A DNA stretch of 64,000 nucleotides from Amoebidium appalachense (lineage: Eukaryota > Protista > Ichthyosporea): the NCBI GenBank assembly GCA_963693365.1, contig CAVNZM010000001.1:10070161-10134160 (forward strand). Reading direction: 5' to 3'. The notes beneath the pieces were generated by a model. It did not search any database and was not told the DNA's origin. It saw nothing but the letters and a program-made list of their open reading frames with translations. Each line of letters opens with the position of its first letter. Position 1 is the first letter of the stretch. This document shows, piece by piece, positions 19,346 through 38,319 of this stretch. The translations under genes and the position numbers were made by a program.

Positions 19346-20213
19346 TTTTATTTTAAGGTGGGTATCACGCAGAGGCACAGTGGTGTAAGGTAGCTCTGGC
19401 TCTATTAACTGAACGTACTAAACTGAATTTTTAGTCGTGTGTCTCGTGATTCACTCCTCCCTGTGAGAGGAGTTCTCACGAAGCTGATTCCCGGTGGGAC
19501 GGGGATGAATCCGATTGGCTAACACAATGATAAAGTAACTCCTATTGGTTCATTGGTCTGGCCAATTGATTATCATTGACTAATCCCACACATGGGCCAT
19601 ATGTGGCTATCGAATCACCATATATGGTAAGTGCTAGGTGCGGCCTGCGGTTTCACTACGGCCGTACGTGATATCATGATGGAGTGGGTCTTGCACTGCA
19701 AGAGCGACTTTCCATCTGATCTGAGGGTAATATTAGTTCCAATGGGTTTTAGAGGACCTATTACAATATCTATGATAACACAAGATCAAACACACCCAGG
19801 CTCTAATCGCAGCCCCACCTTCCCTCCTCCCCCCTCCCCCCTGCAAGGCACTCCTTCCCCCCCTCCCGCTCCCCTCCCCCCCCCCCCCCCCCCCCCACCC
19901 ACCCACCCACCCACCCACCCCCGCCCCCGCCCCAGTCTAGTTTAAGCAGTCAATAGTATGCCATCTCAGTGATCGATCTATGATCTTGGAGTAACGTTTG
20001 CTCTACGTGTGTATTGTATGTACATAACGAGTGGGCCTGTGTGTCTTGCTTCTTTATTTTAAGGATGACCCAAATCCCAAAATTTTGCAAATTCGTGATC
20101 ACAGGCGTAGAATCCAGGAATTTAACGAGTGGCATAGACATCAGGTGTGCGTGTGCGTGCACGGTGTGTACGTGTGTGGGTGTGTGTACATGTGACATGG
20201 GGGGAGCGGAAGG

Positions 20214-20257
<44 letters not shown>

Positions 20258-20606
20258 AGGTATCCACCACCCAGTCCGGGGATGGGTGGGTCCCCCCCCT
20301 CCCTCCCCCCTCCTCAAAGTAACCGCAGGGGGTGGGTCCCCCCCCCCCCCACACACACACACACCCACACACCCACCCCCAGCCACCCCCCGACTCCCCT
20401 CCGCGCGTGCGCGTGATAATTGCAGATTAACTTTAATTCCACCCGCCAAAGGCTATATTCGCTGGGTTTCTTTTTTCTTTTTTTTTTTTTTCCTTTTTTT
20501 TTTTTTGTGGGGGGGGGGGGGGGGGTTGCTTCAGTTTCAAATTGGTCACTGGTGCATACAATCCCCCCTCCCCCCCCCCCCCCCCCCCATCCCCCTCCCC
20601 CCTCCC

Positions 20607-20637
<31 letters not shown>

Positions 20638-21271
20638 ACTTTCCACCCCTTTTTGCTGGTGCTCTCCTTCTGCCGGATGCATACTCTGTGTGTGTTCTTT
20701 GCAAAATCTGCTTTGTGTAGTCTGCAGGAAATGTGTGGGTTGCTACATGGTATACCATATGCTCTATACTATGGCATTTTCTAACGTTAACAACAACGCC
20801 CCCTCCCCTCCCCTCCCCCCCCCCCCCAGGCCCCCGCCCCACTCACCTCCCCCCCCCCCCCCCTCCCTCTCCCTGCTCATTTACTTGTGTAAATGCACGT
20901 GCATACGCACACGAGCGCGCGCACACACACAGGCACCGCAAACACACGCACACACGCACACACAAACACACATGCAGCCGGGTCAACTATTTCCGATTAT
21001 GAATAATTATCATTGGAGACAAGTTTATCACGCTCACCGTGCAGTTTTCATGTGCGTATCTGTGTTGCGGGTGTGTGGCCGAGTGTATGTATCTGCATGT
21101 TCGAACATTCATGCGTAATATGCTATCTGAAGTGCTAAATTATTAAATCGCTGGTTTAAGTTTGAGTACCTGGTGATTGTGCGTGTGCCTGTGGTACGTG
21201 CGTGTGCAGGTACCATACTGTGTGAACTAAAGACGTGTGAAAGTGTGTGTGTGTGTTTGCGCGCGCACCTT

Positions 21272-21304
<33 letters not shown>

Positions 21305-21320
21305 AGCCCAATTTTCTCGA

Positions 21321-22019
21321 TTACGGCCACTCATACATGCGATTTACCAAATCCTGTACCAATTCATGCACTAACAACATGGGCATATCGTTCCATTTAA
21401 GGGCATAGTAACTTTGCGGGAAAAAGTGCATTGCGTCAAAATATCTATCTCCCCTAGTGGCCGTCATTTGGTGTATATCCCACACCTCATATCCCGCCTC
21501 AGAAAACATTTTCCGGCCAATCTGCGCCCGTCTCCACTGGTGATATTCCGACCGAAAGGAAAAGCCAACTATGAAATTTCGTACATATGCAGCAGGCAGT
21601 GTTATGTAGATAATCCTTTTGCCCTGAAATTTCGATTTGAGATCGTCGATTATCCGCCTGAGGGAACGAATATATGTGTTTTCCGAAAAACTAAAAAAAC
21701 TGTCGTGGATTGCCCCGTCTTGAAATATAATAACGTCATAATGTGCATACGGAGGGGCTTTACTCAAAATCCGGGTTTTTTCAAACCAAGTTCCCCTAAG
21801 CTTCCTGTATTCAGCATAGGTTGGCATTACGGAACCGGGGATTTCAGGACACGGAAATCGGTCAAAGTGGTCTGCGGTGCCGTATGATTGAAAGAGGTCG
21901 ATCGTTATGTTGTGCCTCGTGTATGAGTGATACTCTGGAGTGACGAGTTGTCCGTGGTAGTTTGTTTCTTTGCGCATCGGAAGGTTGGTGGCTAGGTCCT
22001 GTGCATGTGTGTGTGTGTG

Positions 22020-22090
<71 letters not shown>

Positions 22091-23297
22091 ACGTGCGTGT
22101 GTGTGCGTGTGTGTGCATTTGTTTGTGTGTGTCTTTGCATGTACGTGTGTGTTAGTTTGCGGCGAAGTAGGCGTGGGTGGATGGGTGGGTGGGGGGAAGG
22201 AGGGGAGGGGGGGGGGGAGGGGGGAGGGGAAGGGGAGATGGAGGTTTTTTTTGGGGGGGGGGGGGGGGGGGGGGGGGAGGGGGGGGAGCTCAGGGGTGGG
22301 GGGAGGGGCTTCGGATCGGGAGGGGGAGGGGGGATCATGGGAGATGTTAGTCACGCACGCCTTGCCTGGAAGGCTTTCTCTTTACATGCAGCTGTATTGT
22401 ACTATTATAAGTTCTCGTTGCTCTTTCGAACAATCTGTAGTGTGTGTGTTTGTGCACAAGGTCGTGTGCCCCCCTTTAAAAAGACCTTTTCAAGAAACTT
22501 TGTAAAGCGCACCACCCGCCTTGGCACACAATCTCAATTACAATCATCTCCCCCTCCCCCCCCCCCCCTCCCCTCCCCCGGGCCATCCTCCTTGCCCTTC
22601 CCCCCCCCTTCAATCCCCCCCTCACCTTTCCTCCACCTCGTTCCCTGCTTCCCCCCCCCCCCCCCCCCCCCAGGAGTCCCGCCAACACACACACATACAA
22701 ACACACGCGCGCGCACGCGCACACACACACACACCTGCACGTCAATTTGTCAACCCACATCCCACAAAGTACTATTCATTATGCAATCCCCTGGTGATTA
22801 CATAAAACATTAATCCCGTACCTTCCAACTGACCAATCCCGTGACGTCATCGGTCCCAGCGCCGTGCAGATACTGCACCAGTGCCAGCCACAGGTTGTAC
22901 GACCGGCTGTCCCCCAACAACACCACCCGCCTCTGCCCGGCTGCCACCGCCTTTTGCGCAAAATTCTCCGGCCCAATGTACCTGAGCCGGCAGCCAACCG
23001 GCACCCACACAGATGCGTCCACCACGAGCATGCCCGAGTCATCCAGCCGACACCCCTCCGTGCTGGTGTTTCGGGTCGGGTTGGTGGTCCGGTTCGGGAA
23101 GCAAACGGTCTGGGCCACCCATCTGCCCGTGGAGGGGCTGGCCATGGTGCAGGGGGGCAGGTGGGATGTCGACAGAGGCTGGGGGGTGATGGTGACGGTC
23201 GCATGGGGGAATGCGGTCTGGTTGAGAGGAAAGGGGTGTGGGGACATGTTAGTGCGTATGATTCAGCTGACGCCCTCCCCCACCCCCTCCCCCCCCC

Positions 23298-23345
<48 letters not shown>

Positions 23346-23459
23346 ACACACGCACAGCCCCAATCCCCCGCCCACCCACCTTGTTCCCCGGGATGCCCCT
23401 GCACCCCGCTTAGGGTTTTTTGTTTTTCTAAAGTTTTTGGTGATGATGGTGGTGGTGGT

Positions 23460-23519
<60 letters not shown>

Positions 23520-25726
23520 TGTGTGTGTGTGTGTGTGTGTTTAGGGGGGGGGGGGAGGGGAGGGGGGGAGGGGAGGGGTGTGGGGGAGGGGAGGGGGGGG
23601 GGGGGGGGGCTGGCAGGCATGAAATGAGGTATTAAGAGAAGAGCCTGTTGCAAAAGATCACTTTTGACGGTTATGGCATTGCATGCGGAGGGAAGGGGTA
23701 GTGAGGGTCACGGGTTGCAGGGAGGGGGGAGGGAGGGTCCTTCGAGTAAGGAGAAAAGGGTTGGGGGCATGTAAAATACCTCCTGTGTGGCCAATTGCCC
23801 GACAGTAAGGAGATTAATAGCATTTATGTATCGGCTACCGACTGTGGCGCCACATTGGGGGGGGGGTCTATCGGATGCACCTCGTGCATGAACATTCTAG
23901 AAAGATGCACCAGCACCACGTGGTAGGTGCCGGCAGCCGCATGTCTCATGTCGAGTGTGCACGTGTACGTGCCATTGCAGTGGTCGTAACTGAATGCATA
24001 TGCGCGGAACTCCCGACCAACACCCCCCTCTGCCTCAGAAATCCCGGAAATTTGGGTGAGCTCGCACCGGAAAACGTCGCCTCCGTAGGTCCGATTATTT
24101 CCTTGGATATCCCTTGCAGTGAGATATACAATGCCTATCCCGTTGTCACTGTACACGTGCACGTGGGTGTTGTTTGCGACGGTTTCTTCGCTGCCGTCGA
24201 CTGTCTGCATGACGTCACACCGCTCACCGGCAGTCATGTCCACAAACGGGAATTTCACGCCAGGCACGTGCGCTGCATCTGATTGGAGGAGGGTGTCGGC
24301 TGGTTAGATCGGGGCCAGATTTTTTTTTTTTTGGAGGGGGAGGGGGGGGAGGGGGGGGGGGGGGACGATCATCGGATGATGTGTGTGTATGCCAGTATGT
24401 AAGTTATAAATTTGTTGAAGGGTATGCAGCGCACGTGCGCACGAGTGTATGTATGTTTAAATGTGTGTGTGCGTGTGTGCGTGTGTGTGCGTGCATATCT
24501 GTGGCGTGTTCTTGTGTGCTGAAGTGTAGAGGTGCGCCGGTTCGTGTGTGTGCCGGACCCAATGTATGTGTGTGTACGTGTGTGTGTGTGTGTGTGTGTG
24601 TGTGTTTCTCATGTGGTAGTGCACGTGATTTTGTGCCTGTTTTAGTGTAGAGCATGGTTGTGATAAAGTTGTCACTGGCGTCTTTCCAAGGCCCCATATT
24701 TAAGGATTTTCTGTGTGTGGAAAGTAAGTGCGAGTGTGCAGTGTGTGTATGTGTATGAATATGTGTGTTCTTACGCGCACGCGCAAGATAATTTCCGCAA
24801 GTGTGCGCATTTGTCAGCAATACTCCCCTGCGTGGTTGTGTGCGAGCTTGGCAGCGGCTGTAACTCAAGGGATCGTCCATGTCTAATTCGGGTTGATTGA
24901 ACAGCGCAAGACAAACAGCAAGGAAACTGCGTTTTCACACTATATGTTGCGTGCTGTTTTCAACGTTACTGTTTTATTTTCTTCTTCTTCTACTTCTTCT
25001 TTTTCCGGAGGCAGAGGGGGACGAAGGGGGGAGGTTGGGGGGGGGGGGGTGGAGAGGGGGGAGGGAGTGGTAGAGGAAGTGGGAGGGGGGTTCCGGGAGG
25101 GGGTATGAGGTGGGGGGAGGGGTGGGGGAGGGGGATTCCGAGGGGGAGGGGGACGTGAGGTGGCGGGGGGGGGGGGGGGGGGGGGGGGGGGAGATTCAGC
25201 TGAAGCGTAAGACACAATCTTCCCGGGCATACGTACCATAAATGTATTGATCAAGAACCTTCGTTTCTATCATTTCTTTCTTTTTTACTTCGCCGTCACC
25301 AGGAACTACGGTATGAGCCAGAGTGAGAGCTTTTCCTTCTGCCTTTTGGGTCTTTGTGGGGAGAGGAGGTAATGTTGTGTTGCCATGAATAGTCGGGTTG
25401 TTGACACCAAAAGCAACGGCACCGGAATTCGACCTGGGAGGGCAAAGGAAAATTGCAACGAAAGAGAAAAGAAGGACAAAACCCACTGCCATCAAAGTGT
25501 GCTTTGTGCTCGAGGGGCAATAATTCAATAGCGCTTTCATGTTTTTGGTGCTCATGTAGTTCTTGCAGTTTTCTGTTCCAGGCACGTGTGTTGCTTCAAC
25601 ATCATACTCGGAGCAGTGCAACCTAGTGGCTGCAAAGTTGAGTTCTGAATCCACAGAGGGGGACTCGAGAAGTGGAGAAAGCAGTAGGGATGATGACCCA
25701 TGCTTGAACGTGTCTGTCGGTGTCAT
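21321..25726 (-). CDS. NXPE/PC-esterase-like paralog C; exons 25726-25237, 24278-23780, 23217-22822, 21998-21321; frameshift at C10 run 23857-23866
   Basis: Same architecture as A and B, with CTAAC branch points before the exon 2 and exon 3 acceptors. Correcting the homopolymer restores DPPQCGATVGSRYINA, matching A and B. Confidence 0.85.
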
Positions 25727-27022
25727 TGTTATTGTGTCTTTCTTTTCTAAACGTTCGTTCCTGCATCAGCAAATTTCTTTTCTTCAGTGGAAAAAGTGCA
25801 CGGACAGACTGAAAGGGTAGGGAAAAACTGCTATGTTTACCTTCAGTCATTCGAAAGTTTGAAACAAGGCTCCAAATCAATAGAACGAAAAAACGAAAAA
25901 AGATTTTTTTTTATTTTTTTATGTGTCCCTTTTACTAAGTAATTCTCCAGGATTTATCGATGTCTTTGTTCATAACTTGTTAAGAGGGGCGAAGGTGTAA
26001 CTCCATCAGTGCATCGTCTCTTCCGTCGAGCCAGTTATGTGCTCCACTGCAGAGAGCCAAAAAAAGGAAATAAACTATATATATGTCCGTTTTTATTGAA
26101 AGGGAAAAAAAGGAAGAAAGGAAAAAGGGAAACAAGAAGCAAACCGAACGACTTCTTGGTATTGCTTGAACGTTGGTAGAAGTTGAAAAAGAAGACTGGG
26201 AATATGGCTTCGAAAATTGCGTCCCTTATCCTTTATCAGATCCGGGCATGTCGACATTTTCACATGCAGAAAAGTTTTCACATGTCGTCACTTTCACATG
26301 TCAGCACAGCTGCTGCTGCCTGCCGGTGCTTCATTGCACTGAATTACAGCCTGCCGCTGTTCCATGGCCATTTGGTTCTCAGACTACGCATAGATACACC
26401 CTTAGGCAGAACGATATACCTACATATCAGAGACAGTGCTGATGTAAATGCACTTTCCTACCTCGAAAAAGTATTCACATTACATACATAAGCCATCTAA
26501 GCCATGATAATAGTGCGACACTTTCCTATGAAGTCTTTTTGTCTAAGACTTGCATATTCGAAGCCAGTCGACACATGTAGGCCTACATCAGACTGAGTGC
26601 GAGTCAAGTGAGCTGGGCAGCCTTTTCATTATAATTTGGACACTGAAGCATGTTCGCATATTTTACACAACCACTCCTCTTTGTCCGTCAACTCTGTGTT
26701 TTCTTTGTACAGTATTCCCGCAGATCAATCGTGTGCTTGTGCACGTGCACGTGCACGTGATGGTGTGTGAATAAATGTACCACATATGGCTAAAGGCTGT
26801 TCACATGCTATTGGACATCGTGAACTCGATCCCGATTGGTCGATTTTTCCTATTGGCTAAATCCGCACCCAACAAATGTCGTTCACGTGTGCACGGGGCT
26901 GTGCACGTGCTCCCCTTTTGAATTTCACTCCTTCACAAGAATTCATGAATGGGCGCTTGACAGACTGGGGACGGTGTGCTGCTGTCTGTACGTCCGCAAG
27001 GGTTTGTTCTCCCCCATGTGCC

Positions 27023-27085
<63 letters not shown>

Positions 27086-27196
27086 CCAACCCCCTCTTTA
27101 TGTGTGCGCCTCTGCAGCTCTCTGTGTCACGGTGTGTCTGTGCATGTGAACTATATATGTCTGTGTGTGTGCGCGCGTGGTGGTGGTGGTGATGTG

Positions 27197-27248
<52 letters not shown>

Positions 27249-27333
27249 GGGGGAACAAACCCCAAAGCAAAAACACGAGAGCAAAACAATTGTGTAGGCA
27301 AACTATGGGTTTCGAATAGTCGCCCTAGGGACC

Positions 27334-27405
<72 letters not shown>

Positions 27406-27912
27406 TGAGGGGGGGGGGGGGGGGGGGAGGATTCTGGACCAATCAGCTGCAGATGTTTAAAATTACGAATTTATTAACTGCAACTACGTAGACAGCATTG
27501 GTGTACATCGCTTCCCCTACATATTCCCTGCCTATTCAGATAATATTCCAACCAGTGGCATTGCAAGAAAGCTCACCATCACACACAGACGTATTAAGAA
27601 AACACAAGGCCGTGATTATCAAATAATAATCTCAATCCATCATATATCAATAACAAACGCATAATTATCCGAATAATACGCCAAGAGAAGCACACCTCTG
27701 CAATCCATAGAGGCTCCAAACGATTCCCCTAACATCTCACCACCATCGCAAGAATCCACACACACACACACTTAAAAACCCACAATCCTTAAAAGAACCC
27801 CTCACGAACAGCCCCCAAAAACCTTTCTCACGCATGTATATCTTACGGATATCCCACGAAATTCCCAAGAATACACTCGCATCACGCAGTGTAAATAAAT
27901 ACGGCGGTGGTT

Positions 27913-34439
<6,527 letters not shown>

Positions 34440-35022
34440 GACGAGAACCGAGTATAGAGGCTACACACCTGTGTGACGACCACATAAACAGCGGAACGTT
34501 GGCGCACGCTGTTCCAAAGAGCGCACTAATAACTGCTAGCCTCATTTTTATAAATGGCGTGTTTCCCGAAGTACATGCACTACAAAAAACACCACACCAA
34601 CAAACGTGTGGATGACAAAAAAAGTCCGTTGATCGTGCTTAAAACGAGGACACCCCGGTAAGTGTAAAGCCACAATTTGCTGTGTCCTATCAAAAAGGTT
34701 TCACAAGCTATAAGTTCCCATTAATAAAACATGAAAAGGCCCAAATTGAAGTCAGGCGAAGGAACCCTGAGAAACTTTTGCGGAAAAAAAACTTAGCGCC
34801 GGAAAACTGAAGGGAGGCCGGCCGATTTGGGGCTGTGCGATCTCTTTCCTTATTTGGTTCGGCTTAAGAGCGCGGCAGAGCGCGGCAGTGTCTATCTGGC
34901 CAATCAGCCATGAGTATAGCTTGGAGCCGGGGCCGGGGGCCGGGGGGCCTCGGGGGGAGCCTCGGGGGGGGGGGTGAGGGGGCGTCCCGGGAGGAGGGGG
35001 GAAACGTGTGTACATTTTTTTT

Positions 35023-35072
<50 letters not shown>

Positions 35073-35255
35073 TGTATGTGTGTACACGCGTTATGTGCAC
35101 AGCGAGGATCGAGCGAGATCTATCATATGGCCGTGGCAGGCTCGCAGTTCCGCGGCCGCGGCGAAAAGTTTGCACATCGGATGAAGCTAATTATAACGTT
35201 GAGTGTTGCAGAGGGCAGGGCCCCAGGGGAGCAGGGGAGGAGAAGGGGAGTGGGG

Positions 35256-35290
<35 letters not shown>

Positions 35291-36054
35291 GGGGGGGGAG
35301 GGGGGGGGGAGAGGGGGAGGGAGGACGGAGAGGGAGAGATTGTGTCACAATTTGTGTGCACGTGCCCGGCGAAGTCGTGCGAACCCGGGTTGAAAACGGG
35401 TACGGTGCGCACATGTGTGCGTGTGTGCGCGCGCACAACTTGTTGTGCGAGGTGGGGAGAGAGGGGGGAGCCGGTCCTCAGTCCAGCAAAGAGATTTGTT
35501 CAAGTCTGGTCCCAAGGGACATTTACTGAGGCCAGACCGTAGAGGGCCTAAACCCGACTATGCATGGCACAGACCGCATTCGGCACTCCTGGGCCATACA
35601 TACATGCACTCAGGTCCGGCCCGAAATACGATATATCTCACGTATATCCAGTATCTGCATGTTTTATGCAACGAGACGTACGGAAATTGACACAGTCGCG
35701 CCGAAAATCCAGCACGTGTAGGGTCATCCACTGACTATCCAAATTTGCGAAAAGTACTATACACCAACAGTCGCACACACGGGACTAAACGAAACAGTTA
35801 AAACATGAACCGAAGATACGCAAGTAATTCTAAAAAAAAAAAAAAAACCTCTGTATAGCTTCTATCCATAGTGTAGATACATTCAACAGCGATTGTGTGT
35901 GTGCTCTCCGTTCGTCTGCGTACAATGTGTATAGTTTTGTGTTCTTATAAGTGTGTGCAAGTGTTTGTGTGTGTGTGTGCATGGTTGGTGCGTGTGTGTG
36001 CATGCTTGTGCGTGTTTTTGTGTGGGTGTGTGTGAATGTATGTAAGCATGTGTG

Positions 36055-36086
<32 letters not shown>

Positions 36087-36094
36087 GTGTGTGT

Positions 36095-36162
<68 letters not shown>

Positions 36163-36167
36163 CATCG

Positions 36168-36323
36168 TCACGTGGTGAAACTCTCGCCGCATGCGCACGA
36201 GTGCTTGACGTTCGGGTTGTTGAAGACAAAGCCAGCGCTCAGTTTCTCGTCAACATAGTCCATCTCCGACCCAATCACGGACATCAGCGCCTTACTGCAC
36301 GTGCATAAATATTAGTCCATGCG

Positions 36324-36366
<43 letters not shown>

Positions 36367-36416
36367 CACACACACACACCACCACCACCACCACCACACA
36401 CACACACATACACAAA

Positions 36417-36448
<32 letters not shown>

Positions 36449-36780
36449 AAAAACACAGGGAAAAGGACGTACGGTTATACACTACCCTACACGGTTACAC
36501 ACACCTCCCCTTTGCCAGCCTCCCAGAAAAGAAACCTGGCTCAAAAGACACGCGTCATTTCTTACAACATCAAACGCGCGAACCCCCCACAAGTTACACA
36601 CACGTGGGCGCCTGTGGGACATTTACACACTCACGATACATACACAGACATGCGCACACTCTATCGTGCAGTCTCATCTCCCACGTACCCATATTAGCAC
36701 CCCCCCCCCCCCCCCCCAACCACCACCACCACGCACAACCACCACCACGTGACTTATCGCCGTCCCCCCTTCCCCCCTCC

Positions 36781-36811
<31 letters not shown>

Positions 36812-36891
36812 AAAAAAAAAAAAAAACGGCGCTAGGCGTGCGCTCATGCACCCTCCCTTCCCTCGTTCACACCCTCTAATCCCCCGTCCTC

Positions 36892-36925
<34 letters not shown>

Positions 36926-37150
36926 AGTCCCCCGTCCCCCCCCCCCCCCCCCCCCCCAAACAAACACATACCCACACCCACACCCACACACCCCAAACCT
37001 CCCCCCCCCCAATACACACACACACACACAACACACACCTATCGATCAGTACCCTTGCACCATCAACCATCACCTCCTCATCAAACTTGTCTTTCTTCTC
37101 CCTCCCTTCCTTCTCCCCCCCCCCCCCCTCCCCCCCCCCTCCCCCCCCCC

Positions 37151-37201
<51 letters not shown>

Positions 37202-37223
37202 TACCTACACACACAAGAAAAAG

Positions 37224-37254
<31 letters not shown>

Positions 37255-38198
37255 CACGCACACAACACACACCTGTCGATCAGTACCCTTGCACCATCAA
37301 CCACCACCTCCTCATCGAACTTGTCCTTCTTCTCTGCCAGCGACATGGTGAAGCTCAAACCGTTGCACCCCCTCCGCTGTACCCCAACCTTCAAAGCGTT
37401 TGCGTGATTTTCAGCCAATAGGCTCTTAACACGGTTCACCGCGGCAGGCGTCTGTAAGGAAAAGGGTAAGGGGGGTGGTCAGCGTATGTGCTCGTGCACA
37501 CGAACGCAGGGCCGTAGGCACACATACACACACGCCCGCGCAAGTGCAAGCACAAGCACAAGTACAAGCACAAGCACAAGCACAAACACACAACACAGAC
37601 ACTCGCGCGTACACACACACACACACACAAGCACATCTACACCCGCACATACCCCCCCCCCCCCCCCCCCCCCAAACACACACACACACCACCCCAACAC
37701 GGCACACACGACAAATGTAAACACACGAGAGAGAAGAGGGCACATACACTCACAGGAGTGCACATCACCACACATGCACATACCAGCAAATGCATTTGCT
37801 TGTTCTTCAGACTACCTTTACCTCTCCCTATCTACATCTCTTGCTCCATTCCCCCCCACGCCCCCTCCGCCACCCCGGACAACCCCCCCCCCCCCCCCCC
37901 CAAAAAAACAAAAAAACAAAAAAAAACCCACCACCATCAAAAAAGGGACACAGTCATGCGCACATGCACAGACACCTCCGCCCTCCCCTCCCCCTCCCCC
38001 TCCCTTACACTCACCCACCCACCCAAACACAACAAAAATGATAATAATAACAACCACCACCAGCTAAAAACCCGCCCTCATAATTCACAACACCCGCCAC
38101 ACACAGATACACATACTCACCAATGAAAGCACGGCCTTTGCAGCTGGGCGGGACACGGCCCGCTTCACGGTCTTAATGGTGGCGGTAGCGGCACTCAT
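36168..38198 (-). CDS. ISCA1: Mitochondrial iron-sulfur cluster assembly protein ISCA1; exons 38198-38121, 37451-37273, 36294-36168
   Basis: [26 protein letters not shown]|TPAAVNRVK...[17 protein letters not shown]...[17 protein letters not shown]|[42 protein letters not shown] has the GCNG and CxCGESF A-type carrier motifs and canonical splice sites. Confidence 0.95.
37025..37100 (-). repeat. Intronic duplicate of the 3' part of ISCA1 exon 2 plus its donor site
   Basis: 62 nt encoding [20 protein letters not shown] followed by AG|GTGTGTGTTG; 4 substitutions relative to 37273-37334. Confidence 0.9.
37151..37198. repeat. (ATA)n microsatellite
   Basis: Direct reading. Confidence 0.95.
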
Positions 38199-38233
38199 TG
38201 TGGAAAGCTCGTGCCAACACGGTGACAGCAAAG

Positions 38234-38319
<86 letters not shown>

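Noticed and set aside
35340-35410. tRNA or SINE-like GC-rich stretch
   Set aside because: No cloverleaf or A/B boxes could be built.
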